Positions 1-10,428 of a DNA stretch of 64,000 nucleotides are shown one piece after another (position 1 is the stretch's first letter; every line of letters begins with the position of its first letter). Below the pieces are notes generated by a model, which ran no database searches, was not told where the DNA came from, and saw nothing but the letters and a program-made list of their open reading frames with translations. Source of the stretch: Longimicrobiales bacterium (GTDB taxonomy: Bacteria; Gemmatimonadota; Gemmatimonadetes; Longimicrobiales; Gaopeijiaceae); contig CAXXKM010000002.1 of NCBI GenBank assembly GCA_963664435.2, positions 1 through 64,000 of the forward strand, in the 5' to 3' direction. Made by a program: the position numbers and the translations under genes.

Positions 1-2
1 TC

Positions 3-2846
3 GTCTCGTGCGAGAACCCGCTGTCGCCCGAATTGTGCGGGACGATCCCGGTCCAGACGGTCGCGGTGGGCGGGACGGTCGATGTCGCCCCGTGCTTCCG
101 CGACCCCAACGGCGAGGCGCTCGTTTTCGCAGCGTTCAGTTCCGACGCCGGGGTTGCCACCGTACAGGCCACGGGCAGCACGGTGACGGTCACCGCGGTC
201 TCCCCCGGCACTGCGGTCGTGACGGTGGTGGCGACCGATCCGGGCGGTCTGGAAGCGCGGCAGACCTTCCAGGTCGTGGTGCCGGACCGGCCGCCGACCG
301 CCGTGGGAACGATCGACGACCGGGAACTGATGGTGGGCGACTCCGCCGCCGTCGACGTTCGGGGACATTTCACCGAGCCCGACGGGCAGCCGCTCCGGTA
401 CTCGGCGGCGGCAGACTCGAGCCGCCTGGCGGTCTCGGTGGAGGGCACGGTCGTGACGGTGGTGGCGCTCGCAAAGGGCACGGCGGTGGTAACGGTCACG
501 GCGACCGACCCGGGCGGACTGGCGGCTACGCAGCGCTTCGAGGTGACGGTTCCCAACCGGCCCCCGTTCGCGGTCGACTCGATCGCGGCCCGGGAGGTCA
601 TGGTCGACCGGGCGGACACCCTGGAGCTGTCACCCTTCTTCGGCGACCCGGACGGCGATCCGCTGACCTGGGCGGCGGCCGCGTCCGACGGTGCGGTGGT
701 CGGCACGGCCGTGGCCGGCGACACCCTCACGCTGACCGGACTCGCCAAGGGCGAGGCGACGGTGACCGTCACGGCCACCGACGACGAAGGCCTGGCGGCC
801 GAGCAGAGCTTCACGGTCACCGTTCCCAACCGGCCGCCGGTCGCGACCGACACGATCCCGTCGCGGGTGCTCTACAAGAGCGAGGCGGACACGCTCCGGC
901 TGGCGGCCTGGTTCTCCGACCCGGACGGCGACCCGCTCACCTGGGCCGCGCAGGCTTCGACCCCCGGCGTGGTGGCGCTGGCCCTCGCCGCCGGCGAGGG
1001 CACGCTGGCCATCACGCCGCTGGCCGGGGGCGAGACGGTGGTCACCGTAACCGCGACCGACCCCGAGGGCCTCACGGCCTTCCAGAGCTTCACGGTTACC
1101 GTCCCCAACCGGCCGCCGGTCGCGACCGACACGATCCCGTCGCGGATGCTCTACAAGAGCGAGGCGGACACGCTCGACCTGACGGCCCACTTCTCGGACC
1201 CCGATGAGGAGCCGCTGACCTACGCGGCCGCGACCTCCAACGGGAGCGTGGTGGCGCTCGAAGTTTCCGCGGGCGCCGGTACGCTGATCGTGACGTCCCT
1301 TTCCCAGGGCGAGGCCGTGGTCACCGTGACCGCGACCGACCCCGAGGGCCTCACGGCCTCCCAGAGCTTCACGGTCGCCGTCCCCAACCGCGGCCCGGTC
1401 GCAACGGCCTCCATTCCGGCGCAGACCCTCTTCAAGCGCGAGACGGCGCCGCTCGACCTCACCCGCCACTTCAGCGACCCGGACGGCGACATCCTGCGGG
1501 TCGAGATCGCGTCGAGCGACGGCCTGGTGGCCACGGCGACCGCCAGCGGCACCACGCTCGAGGTGCGGGCCGGGGTGACCGGCGAGGCCACCCTGACCGT
1601 GACCGTCATCGATCCCGGCGGGCTGTCGGCCGAACAGAGCTTCGCGGTCACCGTGCTCAACCGGGGGCCGGTCGCGACCACCCCGATCCCCGCGCAGACG
1701 CTCCCCCGCGGGCCCTCCCGGACGCTGGGCATGGCCGCCCACTTCTCCGACCCGGATGGGGACGCGCTCAGCTACTCGGCATCGTCATCCGACCCCAGGG
1801 TCGTGCGCGTCCGCGTAGACGGAAGCGACCTCATCCTCACCGCCTGGCGGGTCGGCACGGCCGAAGTCACCGTCACCGCCGCCGACCCGGACGGTCTCAC
1901 GGCCGCGCAGGAGTTCCCCGTCGACGTCCCGCGCACCGACGCCGGCTTCGAGATCCAACTGGGCTTCGCATCCGGCGTGGGCGCCGACGTGGAGTCGGCG
2001 GTGCGTTCCGCCGCGGCAACCTGGGAGGCGATCCTCAGAGACACCGAGTTCGCGGATGTCGCGGTCAACGACACCATCTCCTGCAGAATCGCCGAGGCGG
2101 TAATCGACGTGGAACTCGGACATCTGGACGACCTGGCGATCGTCGTTGGCGCGCAAACAGGGGAAGCGGGCGGCACGCTGGCGCTGGCAGCCACCTGCGC
2201 GAGACGCGTTGCCGGCGGTGAACCTGCGCTGGGCGTCATCCTGTTCGACAACACCGATGCGGGGCGCCTGGCCCGGACGGGCAATCTGTTCGAGGTGGCA
2301 ATGCACGAGATCGCCCATGTCCTGGGGATAGGCCTGGGTGAGAACTGGCACTCCTCGATCGCGAATCCATCGGACGCGCTTTCCGACGCCGACACGCATT
2401 TCCCCGGATTCCGGGCCGTCGCAGCGTTCAACGCCGCCGGAGGCGCCCGCTACACGGGCGGCAAGGTCCCGGTCGAAAACGGGGGCGATGACGCCCATTG
2501 GCGGGAATCGGCCATGGGCGCGGAGAACATGACGCCGGCGCTCACGGTGGGAGCGGCGAATCCCCTGAGCGCGATCACCATCCAGGCGCTGGCGGATCTG
2601 GGGTACAACGTCAACGCCGGCCTCGCCGAAGCGTACATCGTGCCCTCGCCGGCCCTGGCGGCCGCGGCCGCCGAGGATGCCCCGACCATCGATCTCGGCA
2701 ACGACGTCTACAGGGGACCGATCGTCGAGATCGACGGGGAAGGAAACACCGTCCGCGTCGTCCCGGGCGAGGACGTCGCCCAACCTCCCGCCACGAGCGG
2801 GCGCGCCGCCGTCGCCCGCATCCCATCACCCCGAGACGCCACATGA
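3..2846 (+). CDS. 5'-truncated lipoprotein with tandem Ig-like/cadherin-like repeats and a C-terminal leishmanolysin (M8)-like Zn metalloprotease domain
   Basis: The frame is open from the window start (VSC-ENPLSPELCGTIP, lipobox-like). About 7 repeats of F.DPDG..L...VTVTATDP.GL.A.Q.F.VTVPNR. HEIAHVLGIG plus downstream HWRES..E.MTP. Confidence 0.8.
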   Translation, partial: VSCENPLSPELCGTIPVQTVAVGGTVDVAPCFRDPNGEALVFAAFSSDAGVATVQATGSTVTVTAVSPGTAVVTVVATDPGGLEARQTFQVVVPDRPPTAVGTIDDRELMVGDSAAVDVRGHFTEPDGQPLRYSAAADSSRLAVSVEGTVVTVVALAKGTAVVTVTATDPGGLAATQRFEVTVPNRPPFAVDSIAAREVMVDRADTLELSPFFGDPDGDPLTWAAAASDGAVVGTAVAGDTLTLTGLAKGEATVTVTATDDEGLAAEQSFTVTVPNRPPVATDTIPSRVLYKSEADTLRLAAWFSDPDGDPLTWAAQASTPGVVALALAAGEGTLAITPLAGGETVVTVTATDPEGLTAFQSFTVTVPNRPPVATDTIPSRMLYKSEADTLDLTAHFSDPDEEPLTYAAATSNGSVVALEVSAGAGTLIVTSLSQGEAVVTVTATDPEGLTASQSFTVAVPNRGPVATASIPAQTLFKRETAPLDLTRHFSDPDGDILRVEIASSDGLVATATASGTTLEVRAGVTGEATLTVTVIDPGGLSAEQSFAVTVLNRGPVATTPIPAQTLPRGPSRTLGMAAHFSDPDGDALSYSASSSDPRVVRVRVDGSDLILTAWRVGTAEVTVTAADPDGLTAAQEFPVDVPRTDAGFEIQLGFASGVGADVESAVRSAAATWEAILRDTEFADVAVNDTISCRIAEAVIDVELGHLDDLAIVVGAQTGEAGGTLALAATCARRVAGGEPALGVILFDNTDAGRLARTGNLFEVAMHEIAHVLGIGLGENWHSSIANPSDALSDADTHFPGFRAVAAFNAAGGARYTGGKVPVENGGDDAHWRESAMGAENMTPALTVGAANPLSAITIQALADLGYNVNAGLAEAYIVPSPALAAAAAEDAPTIDLGNDVYRGPIVEIDGEGNTVRVVPGEDVAQPPATSGRAAVARIPSPRDAT

Positions 2847-3958
2847 GCTCCGACCCGACCCGCTTCCAGAACCGTTTCCTGCTCGTGCTGGCGCTCGGGA
2901 TCTCGCTGCTGTTCCTGGTGATGATCCGCGAGTTCCTGGTTGCCATCCTGCTGGCCGCGGTGTTCAGCGGCATGACCCGGCCGCTCTACCTGCGCCTGAC
3001 GGCGGGCATGAGAGGGCGCGAGCGGGCCGCCGCGGTCGCCACGCTCCTGCTGGTGCTGGTCGTCCTGGTGGCGCCCGCCATCGCCTTCATGGGGCTGGTC
3101 GTCTCGCAGGCGGTGGACGTCTCCCAGGCGGCGGCCACCTGGGTGCGCGGCAACATGGACCTGGTCGAGACCGTCGAGGCGCGGCTGCTCGAAATCCCGC
3201 TGGTGGGGGAGTTCCTGCCCGACCGCGAGCGCATCATCGCCCTTGCGGGCCAGCTGGCCCAGAGCGCGGGCGGCGTGCTGGTCGACAGTTTGACCGCCGC
3301 CACCCTCGGCACCACCAACTTCCTGTTCCAGCTCTTCCTGATGCTGTACGCGATGTACTTCTTCCTCACCAGCGGCCCCGCAATCCTCGACCGCATCCTC
3401 TACCTCGTGCCCCTCAACTCCGCGGACGAGCAGCAGCTCCTCGACCGCTTCGTCTCCGTTACGCGCGCCACCATCAAGGGGTCGCTCGTGATCGGCGTCA
3501 TCCAGGGCGCCCTCGCCGGCCTCAGCTTCGCCGTCTTCGGGGTTCCCGGAGCCGCGTTCTGGGGCACGATGATGGCGGTTCTGTCCATCGTGCCCGCGCT
3601 GGGCACGGCGCTCGTATGGGTGCCGGCGGTCATCTGGCTGCTCGCCACCGGCCAGATCGCGGCGGGCATCTCGGTCGGCCTCTGGTGCGGGCTCGTGGTG
3701 GGCACGGTCGACAACTTCCTGCGCCCGCGCCTGGTCGGCCGCGACGCCAGGCTCCCAGACCTGCTGATCCTGCTCAGCACCTTCGGCGGCATCCTCTTCT
3801 TCGGGGCCGTCGGTTTCATCCTCGGGCCCATCGTGGCCGCGCTCTTCGTGACCGTCTGGGAGATCTTCGCGGTGGCGTACGGCGACGTGCTTCCGCGGGT
3901 GCGCCCGAGAACACCTCCTGCAGACCTTTCTTCGGAAGACGATTCCGTAGATATTTGA
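2843..3958 (+). CDS. AI-2E family transporter
   Basis: ATGA overlap with the upstream stop. Multi-TM protein with DNFLRPRLVG and GG...FG..GFILGPIV motifs. Confidence 0.9.
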   Translation: MSSDPTRFQNRFLLVLALGISLLFLVMIREFLVAILLAAVFSGMTRPLYLRLTAGMRGRERAAAVATLLLVLVVLVAPAIAFMGLVVSQAVDVSQAAATWVRGNMDLVETVEARLLEIPLVGEFLPDRERIIALAGQLAQSAGGVLVDSLTAATLGTTNFLFQLFLMLYAMYFFLTSGPAILDRILYLVPLNSADEQQLLDRFVSVTRATIKGSLVIGVIQGALAGLSFAVFGVPGAAFWGTMMAVLSIVPALGTALVWVPAVIWLLATGQIAAGISVGLWCGLVVGTVDNFLRPRLVGRDARLPDLLILLSTFGGILFFGAVGFILGPIVAALFVTVWEIFAVAYGDVLPRVRPRTPPADLSSEDDSVDI

Positions 3959-3960
3959 AT

Positions 3961-4632
3961 ATGCAAGCGAATCGCCCCGGGCTCGGCGGCCCGATCCCGC
4001 GTCGCGCCAGACGTACGACCCGGGCCCTCCTGTCCCCGGTCGCCCTGTCGCTGGCGGTATTCCTTCCCACCGCCTGCGCGCCCGGAGGCGGGGGCGCCTC
4101 CGACGCCGAATTCCAGGGCGAGCCCCTCCCCATCCTCATCGAGCGTCCCGACTTCACGCTCACCGACACCGAGGGGCGTCCGTACTCCTTTCTCGACGAG
4201 ACGCGCGGCCGCGTGGCGCTGCTCTTCTTCGGCTACACCTGGTGCCCGGACATCTGCCCCATCCACATGGCCAACATCGGCCAGGCGATGAAATCCATCC
4301 CCAGCGAGGACCGGCACCGCGTGGAGGTCGTCTTCGTGTCGACCGATCCGGCCCGCGACACGCCCGAGCGCATCCGCGAGTGGCTGGACGTCTTCGACCC
4401 GTCGTTCGTCGGGCTGCGCGGCACCCTCGAGGAAGTCAACCGCATCCAGAACCAGGTCGGCCTCCCCGCCTCGCTGCTCGACGAGCCCGATGAGGACGGC
4501 AACTACCTGGTCGGCCACGCGGCTTCGGTGCTGGCTTTTACCGCGGATGGACCGGCGCGGCTGCGCTATCCCTTCGGGACGCGCCAGTCGGCCTGGGCCC
4601 ACGACCTCCCCAGGCTCATCGAACAGAGGTGA
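3961..4632 (+). CDS. SCO1/SenC family copper-binding lipoprotein
   Basis: FFGYTWCPDICP (CxxxC), VSTDPARDTPE, conserved distal His (VGH), lipobox PTAC. Confidence 0.92.
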   Translation: MQANRPGLGGPIPRRARRTTRALLSPVALSLAVFLPTACAPGGGGASDAEFQGEPLPILIERPDFTLTDTEGRPYSFLDETRGRVALLFFGYTWCPDICPIHMANIGQAMKSIPSEDRHRVEVVFVSTDPARDTPERIREWLDVFDPSFVGLRGTLEEVNRIQNQVGLPASLLDEPDEDGNYLVGHAASVLAFTADGPARLRYPFGTRQSAWAHDLPRLIEQR

Positions 4633-5189
4633 CGCACCGACGGATTCTGACGCATCGGCGACGGATTCTGACGCATGGACGATGGCCATTGACGCATCCC
4701 GCGCTCACCGCGGCGCTCCTTCTCCTCGCCGCGGCGGCCTGCGACCCCCAGGGGCACCAGTGGGTGTCCACCAGCCGAGACGGGGTCGTGGAGGTCTCGC
4801 AGGCGTTCGCCGGCGAGTCGGTCACGGGCGAGACGGCGGCGGTCTACTTCGCGCTCCGCAATCGCGGGCCGACGGAAGACACCCTGGAGTCCATCGTGGT
4901 CGAAGGGGCGGGATCGGCCCGGATCCACGAGACCGGCGAGCGCGACGGGATCCGCGTCATGTCCCCGGTCGACGCCCTGCCGCTTCCTGCCGACGCAGTC
5001 ACCCAGCTCGTCCCCGGCGGCACGCACGTGATGCTGCTCGACCTGGCGCGCCGCCCGGTCGCCGGCGACTCGCTCAAGGGCGTACTGCGCTTCCGCAGCG
5101 GACGGGAGGTCTCGCTGCGCGCGGAGGTCCACGGTCTCACCGATCTGGAACGGGTCGTCAACAACGGCATCAGCCGCAGCGCGGGCTAG
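4629..5189 (+). CDS. PCu(A)C copper chaperone (true start possibly TTG 4689)
   Basis: IHET...VM...PGGTHVML metal motif, lipobox AAAC, adjacent to SCO. Confidence 0.88.
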   Translation: MTHRRILTHRRRILTHGRWPLTHPALTAALLLLAAAACDPQGHQWVSTSRDGVVEVSQAFAGESVTGETAAVYFALRNRGPTEDTLESIVVEGAGSARIHETGERDGIRVMSPVDALPLPADAVTQLVPGGTHVMLLDLARRPVAGDSLKGVLRFRSGREVSLRAEVHGLTDLERVVNNGISRSAG

Positions 5190-5346
5190 TCCGGGGCACC
5201 GGCCTCGTCCCTCTCTCCGGCTCGACCCCTTCGGTTCATCCTTGCACCTGGCTGAACAATTATTCCCCGGGTAGCGTAACCCCGTCCCGTGCTGATAACC
5301 TTCCGTGTCGCACAATGGATGCGACACTATCCGCTGGAGGAACGAC

Positions 5347-6507
5347 ATGTTCAGAGCAAGTTCCCGAGTGATTTTCGCGGCATTGGGTCTGGCCGTCGCG
5401 CTGGGACCCACGGCAGCGGCCAGCCAGGAGCTGCCTCCCGATGTCCAGATAGACCTCTATCTCGTGCGAGCCGATCGCCACATGCAGAACCAGGACTGGG
5501 CCGCCGCCCTGGAAGCCCTGGACGTGGCGATGCTGCTGCAGGCCAATCAAGGCATGGAGACCCCGGCCGAACTCTGGTTCAGGCACGCGACGACCGCCCT
5601 GGAGGCCGGATTCCGCGAGACGGCCATCACGTCCGCGACCCGCTACCTGCAGGAGGCGGGTCGGGAGGGTGAGCACTACGGCTCCGCGCTGGTGCTTCTG
5701 GACGAGGCGATGAGCCAGGGCGAGGCGACGCCGGCACCGGCACCCCAGGGCCCGGCTCCCGCGCGTGCCGCGGAGCCCGCGCCTGCCCCCGCCCCCACCG
5801 CTGCGCCTGCACCCGCCGCCGCGCCCGCCCCTGCCGCCGAGCCTGCCCCTGCCGCTGCGCCAGCGCCTGCGGCCGAGCCCGCGCCTGCGGTCGAACCTTC
5901 ACAGGCCAGGGGCGGGCTTACCGTGCTCTTTCCTCTGGTCGGGGTGAACGCGGCAACCATGGCCTTCACGACCAGCGACGCGGTGCCCATCAACGCGTCG
6001 CAGCGCACCGGCGTGGGCGGCGGATTCGGTGTCGCGTTTCCCGTCAGCGGCCGCTACGGCGTCCAGCTCGGCGCCCAATTCGCGAAGAAAGGCGCCCGAA
6101 TGACGCAGGGGGCGGGTGACATGGTCGCCAGCGCGGACATCACCTTCGAAAATATCGATTTCACGGCGCTGGCCCGCATCGCTGCGCCGCCGGTGGCGAA
6201 TCTCCCGCTGTATGTGCTGATCGGCCCCTACGCGTCCTTCGAGGTGGGTTGCCGCCTCGTCCTGAACGCCAGCGCCGGGGGTGGGCGCTTCACCGGCAGC
6301 GACGATTGCCGGAGCGCCAACCTCGACACCCAGTCGATCGACTTCGGGGTGTCGGGGGGTGTCGGCATCGAGATGGGCACCGGCGACACCCGCCTGACCG
6401 CGGGGCTCCTGTACAGCTACGGCCTCCAGGACATCGACAAGTACGTCGGCGAGACGGCCAGGCACCGGGTCCTCAACATCAATGTCGGGGTTGCCAGGGC
6501 CTTCTGA
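5347..6507 (+). CDS. Secreted TPR-like domain, Pro/Ala linker and PorT-like outer-membrane beta-barrel
   Basis: GGAGG SD before ATG 5347, signal peptide, helical N-domain, APAAEP repeats, alternating beta-strands ending in Phe. Confidence 0.75.
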   Translation: MFRASSRVIFAALGLAVALGPTAAASQELPPDVQIDLYLVRADRHMQNQDWAAALEALDVAMLLQANQGMETPAELWFRHATTALEAGFRETAITSATRYLQEAGREGEHYGSALVLLDEAMSQGEATPAPAPQGPAPARAAEPAPAPAPTAAPAPAAAPAPAAEPAPAAAPAPAAEPAPAVEPSQARGGLTVLFPLVGVNAATMAFTTSDAVPINASQRTGVGGGFGVAFPVSGRYGVQLGAQFAKKGARMTQGAGDMVASADITFENIDFTALARIAAPPVANLPLYVLIGPYASFEVGCRLVLNASAGGGRFTGSDDCRSANLDTQSIDFGVSGGVGIEMGTGDTRLTAGLLYSYGLQDIDKYVGETARHRVLNINVGVARAF

Positions 6508-6569
6508 AGCGTCCATGACGGGCCAGCCGTACCCATCGGTGGACCAGTTGCGTCCAGGAGCGTTCTGAC

Positions 6570-7367
6570 GTGCAGTGGTGGTGCTTTTCGCAGAGCACGG
6601 CCTGGAGCTGGGAGTGGCAGGCGTACCCGGGGGTGTGGCTCTTCGTGGCCGCCCTCGCCGCCGGGTACGCACGGTGGAGCGGAGTTCCCCTGCGCGACCG
6701 GCGCGCGCGCTGTTTCTACGCCGGCGTGCTCCTGCTGTGGGCCGCCTTCGACTGGCCGCTCGGTCCGCTGGGGGCGTCGTACCTGGCCAGCGCGCACATG
6801 GCCCAGTTCCTGCTTGTCGGTCTGATTGCGCCGGCGTTCCTGCTGCTCGGCATGCCGGCCGCCTTTTTCGACCGCCTCCGCGAGCGCCCGCGCGCCATCA
6901 CCGTCCTCTCCGACCTCACGCACCCGCTGGCCGCGTTCCTGATCTACAACGTCGTCATGACCGTCACTCACTGGCCGGGCGTCGTCGACACCCTCATGGC
7001 CACCCAGCCGGGGATGTTCGCGCTGGACATGGCCTGGCTCCTGGCCGGCCTCGTGTTCTGGTGGCCGGTCCTCTGCCCGGTCCCGGACCGCAGCGGTTTC
7101 CATCCGCTGGCCAAGATCGCCTACCTCGGCATCAACGGAATCCTCATCCGCCCGCCCTTCGCGATGATGGTCTTCTCCGAGTTCCCCATCTACGCCACCT
7201 ACGAGCTCGCGCCCCCGATTCCCGGCACCACGGCGCTCGGGGATCAGCAGATGGCGGGCGCGGTGATGAAGGTGGGGCAGGGGTGGATCATGGGCATCGC
7301 CCTGGGGATCATCTTCTACCGCTGGTGGCTCGAGACCAGACGCGTCCGCAAGGCAAGCTCCGCATGA
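6570..7367 (+). CDS. ctaG: Cytochrome c oxidase assembly protein (Caa3_CtaG family)
   Basis: SAHMAQFLL, HP..AF, FWWPV and DQQ.AGAVMK motifs. Located in a SCO/PCuAC cluster. Confidence 0.85.
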   Translation: MQWWCFSQSTAWSWEWQAYPGVWLFVAALAAGYARWSGVPLRDRRARCFYAGVLLLWAAFDWPLGPLGASYLASAHMAQFLLVGLIAPAFLLLGMPAAFFDRLRERPRAITVLSDLTHPLAAFLIYNVVMTVTHWPGVVDTLMATQPGMFALDMAWLLAGLVFWWPVLCPVPDRSGFHPLAKIAYLGINGILIRPPFAMMVFSEFPIYATYELAPPIPGTTALGDQQMAGAVMKVGQGWIMGIALGIIFYRWWLETRRVRKASSA

Positions 7368-8938
7368 GCGACTCGGACCTTCCGTTGCTGGGCGCCGCCC
7401 GGAGCGATCCGGATCGGACCGCCCTGGTGGTCGGTGAGGAGGACTACACCTACGGCGACCTGCTCGCCGCGTCGGAGCGGGTGGCGCGCTTTCTCCTGCG
7501 TGGCCGCACCGACCTCGAAGAAGCCCGCGTCGTCCTGCTGGTGCCCCCCGGCATCGGGTACGTCGCCGCGCAGTGGGGCATCTGGCGCGCCGGGGGCGTG
7601 GTGATACCGCTGGCGCTGGCCCATCCGATCCCGGAGCTGGCGTCGCTCATCGTCGATGCCGACCCGGAGGTGGTGCTCCTGCACTCCGGGACGGAGAAGA
7701 AGGGGATGGTGGCGGCGCAGGCGTGCGGCGTCCCCTGGGCCCGGGTGGAGGATGCCCTCAGGGGCCACTGGTCCGCGTCCACCCGCGTTCCCGATCCCGA
7801 AACCAACGGGTACCATCTCCACATGTCGGCGCCCGCGCCCTCCCTCCCGGCCGTCGACGAGTCCCGCCGCGCGCACATCATCTACACAAGCGGCACCACC
7901 GGGAAGCCCAAGGGCGTGGTCACCACGCACGCCAACACCCGTCACCAGGTCGAGAGCATCGCCAAAGCCTGGGAGATCCGCCCGGGCGACACGGTCCTCA
8001 ACGCGCTGCCCCTGCACCACGTTCACGGCATCGTCAACGCCCTGCTGTGCCCGCTCTGGTACGGGGCCCGGGTCGAGATCCTTCCGCGCTTCGACCCCGA
8101 CGAGGTCTGGAAGCGCTTCGAGCTCCTGCGCCCCACCATCTTCATGGGCGTGCCCACCATGTACGTGCGCCTGATCCGGGCGTGGGAGGAGGCGTCCCCC
8201 GAACGGCGCAGGGAGCTCAGCGACCGCGCCCAATGGCTGCACCTCACGATCTCCGGCTCGGCCGCGCTCCCCGGACACGTCCACAAGCGCTGGGCCGAGG
8301 TCGCCAGGCACGCCATCCTCGAGCGCTACGGCCTCACCGAGACCGGCATGGTGCTCACCAACCCGCTGTACGGCCACCGCGCCGAGGGCTTCGTCGGCCG
8401 TCCCTTCCCGGGGGTGAAAGTACGCCTCCGGGGCGACGGAGGGCACAAGGCCCTCCCCGGGGAAGAGGGCTCCATCGAGGTGCGGGGACCGGGCGTCTTC
8501 AGCGAATACTGGCGCCGGCCGGAGGAGACCGCCGCCGCCTTCGACAAGCACGGCTGGTTCCGCACCGGCGACCGCGCCGTCCTGCACCCGGAGCACGGCT
8601 ACCGCATCCTCGGACGCGAGAGCGTCGACATCATCAAGACCGGGGGGGAGAAGGTCTCGGCGCTCGAGATCGAGGATGTGCTGCGCCGGCACCCCTGCGT
8701 CGAAGACTGCGCGGTGGTGGGGATCCCCGACGACGAGTGGGGCGAGCAGGTGTCCGCGGCGCTCGTCTGCACGCCGGAGGGCGCTGTTCCCGCGCCCGAA
8801 CTGCGCGCCTGGGTCAAGCGTTACCTTGCGGGCTACAAGGCCCCCGCGCGTATCATGGTGCTCGAGGCCCTGCCCCGGAACTCCATGGGCAAGGTGCTCA
8901 AGACCCAATTGCGCGACCTCTTCCTCCGGGCCCCATGA
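7364..8938 (+). CDS. Acyl-CoA synthetase (malonyl-CoA synthetase/ACSF3-like)
   Basis: IYTSGTTGKPKG, ERYGLTE, FRTGD, DIIKTGGEKVSALEIE, LPRNSMGKV. ATGA coupling. Confidence 0.9.
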   Translation: MSDSDLPLLGAARSDPDRTALVVGEEDYTYGDLLAASERVARFLLRGRTDLEEARVVLLVPPGIGYVAAQWGIWRAGGVVIPLALAHPIPELASLIVDADPEVVLLHSGTEKKGMVAAQACGVPWARVEDALRGHWSASTRVPDPETNGYHLHMSAPAPSLPAVDESRRAHIIYTSGTTGKPKGVVTTHANTRHQVESIAKAWEIRPGDTVLNALPLHHVHGIVNALLCPLWYGARVEILPRFDPDEVWKRFELLRPTIFMGVPTMYVRLIRAWEEASPERRRELSDRAQWLHLTISGSAALPGHVHKRWAEVARHAILERYGLTETGMVLTNPLYGHRAEGFVGRPFPGVKVRLRGDGGHKALPGEEGSIEVRGPGVFSEYWRRPEETAAAFDKHGWFRTGDRAVLHPEHGYRILGRESVDIIKTGGEKVSALEIEDVLRRHPCVEDCAVVGIPDDEWGEQVSAALVCTPEGAVPAPELRAWVKRYLAGYKAPARIMVLEALPRNSMGKVLKTQLRDLFLRAP

Positions 8939-10428
8939 TCGACTCGCTGCGCGAATACTGGCCGGTCCACGCCCTGCTCGCCCTCTACACCCTCCTGCTC
9001 GCCTACCACGCCTGGGAGGGGAACCGGGGCACGAAGCGGCTGGCCGACTACTACGTGGGCGGGCGCAACATGGGGGCGGTCACCATCGCCCTCTCCTTCT
9101 TCGCCACCTACTCGAGCACCAACAGCTTCGTCGGCTTCTCGGGACAGTCCTGGTCGTGGGGCGCCCCCTGGCTCCTGATGGCTCCCCTCATCGTCCTCTT
9201 CTCGATGTCCGCCTGGGTCTGGGTGGCCCCGCGCCTGCGCGACTTCACCGCCGCGCTCGATTCGCTCACCATCCCCGACTTCGTGGGCTTCCGCTTCGAG
9301 AGCCCCGCGGCCCGCGTGCTCGCGGCCATCATCATCATCTTCGCGTCGTTCTTCTACATGACGGCGGTCTTCAAGGGCATCGGCAACCTGCTGGAGACCT
9401 TCCTCGAGATACCCTACCGCACCGCCATCCTCATCGTCTTCGTGATCGTGATGCTCTACACCGTCATCGGCGGCTTCATCTCGGTGGTGAAGACCGACGC
9501 GGTGCAGGGGGTGGTGATGATCTTCGCGGCCGTGCTCCTCTTCCACGGCACCACGCGCGCCGCGGGCGGGGTGGGCTCGATCTTCGAGATGGCCGACGCC
9601 CCCGACACCGCGCACCTGTTCACCTGGAACGGGGGGCAGGCCTTCCCGCTGGTGCTGGGGGTGATGGTGGCCGCGACCATCAAGTTCATCGTGGAGCCGC
9701 GCCAGCTCTCCCGCTTCTACGCGCTGCGCAGCGCGCGCGAGGCGCGTACCGGGGTCTGGATCTCGACGATCACCTTCGCCGTCGTCTACGCGATGCTGGT
9801 GCCGATCGGGATGTACGCGCGCAACATCCTCCCCGGCGGCATGGAGGACACCGACCTGGTGGTGCCGGGGCTGCTCACCGAGCCCGGCGTCTTCGCCCCG
9901 GGGGTGGGGGCCTTCCTGCTGGTGGCGATGGTCGCCGCCGCCATGTCGTCGCTCGACAGCGTGCTGCTGGTGATGGCCTCCACCACGGACCGCGACATCT
10001 TCGGGGCGTGGCGCGGCAGGCGCGACGAGCGCTCGGCGATGCGCCGCACCCGGTGGTACGTGGCCCTGTTCGCCGCCATCACCGCCGTGATCTCGCTCAA
10101 CCCGCCCGACGGCGTGGTCGGCCTGACCGCCTTCTCGGGCGCCATGTACGCCGCCTGTTTCTTCCCGGCGGTGATCCTCGGGCTGCACTGGCGGCGCGGC
10201 AACGGCGCCTCCGCGGTCACCTCCTTCCTGGTGGGCCTGGGGGTGCTCGTGACCTGGCGGCTCACCCCGCTGGGCGACGTGCTGCACGAGGTCTTCCCGG
10301 CTCTCGCCCTCTCCCTCGCCGCCTATGTCCTGGTGGCCATGCGCACCAGCCCGCCGCACGCGCCCCACAGGGTGGAGGTGCTGTTCAAGCAGGCGGAACG
10401 TCGCAGCCGCAGGCGGGCACGTCGCTGA
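8935..10428 (+). CDS. Sodium:solute symporter (SSS/PutP-like)
   Basis: DYYVGGR, SVVKTDAVQG, AAAMSSLDS, many TM segments. Confidence 0.9.
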   Translation: MIDSLREYWPVHALLALYTLLLAYHAWEGNRGTKRLADYYVGGRNMGAVTIALSFFATYSSTNSFVGFSGQSWSWGAPWLLMAPLIVLFSMSAWVWVAPRLRDFTAALDSLTIPDFVGFRFESPAARVLAAIIIIFASFFYMTAVFKGIGNLLETFLEIPYRTAILIVFVIVMLYTVIGGFISVVKTDAVQGVVMIFAAVLLFHGTTRAAGGVGSIFEMADAPDTAHLFTWNGGQAFPLVLGVMVAATIKFIVEPRQLSRFYALRSAREARTGVWISTITFAVVYAMLVPIGMYARNILPGGMEDTDLVVPGLLTEPGVFAPGVGAFLLVAMVAAAMSSLDSVLLVMASTTDRDIFGAWRGRRDERSAMRRTRWYVALFAAITAVISLNPPDGVVGLTAFSGAMYAACFFPAVILGLHWRRGNGASAVTSFLVGLGVLVTWRLTPLGDVLHEVFPALALSLAAYVLVAMRTSPPHAPHRVEVLFKQAERRSRRRARR

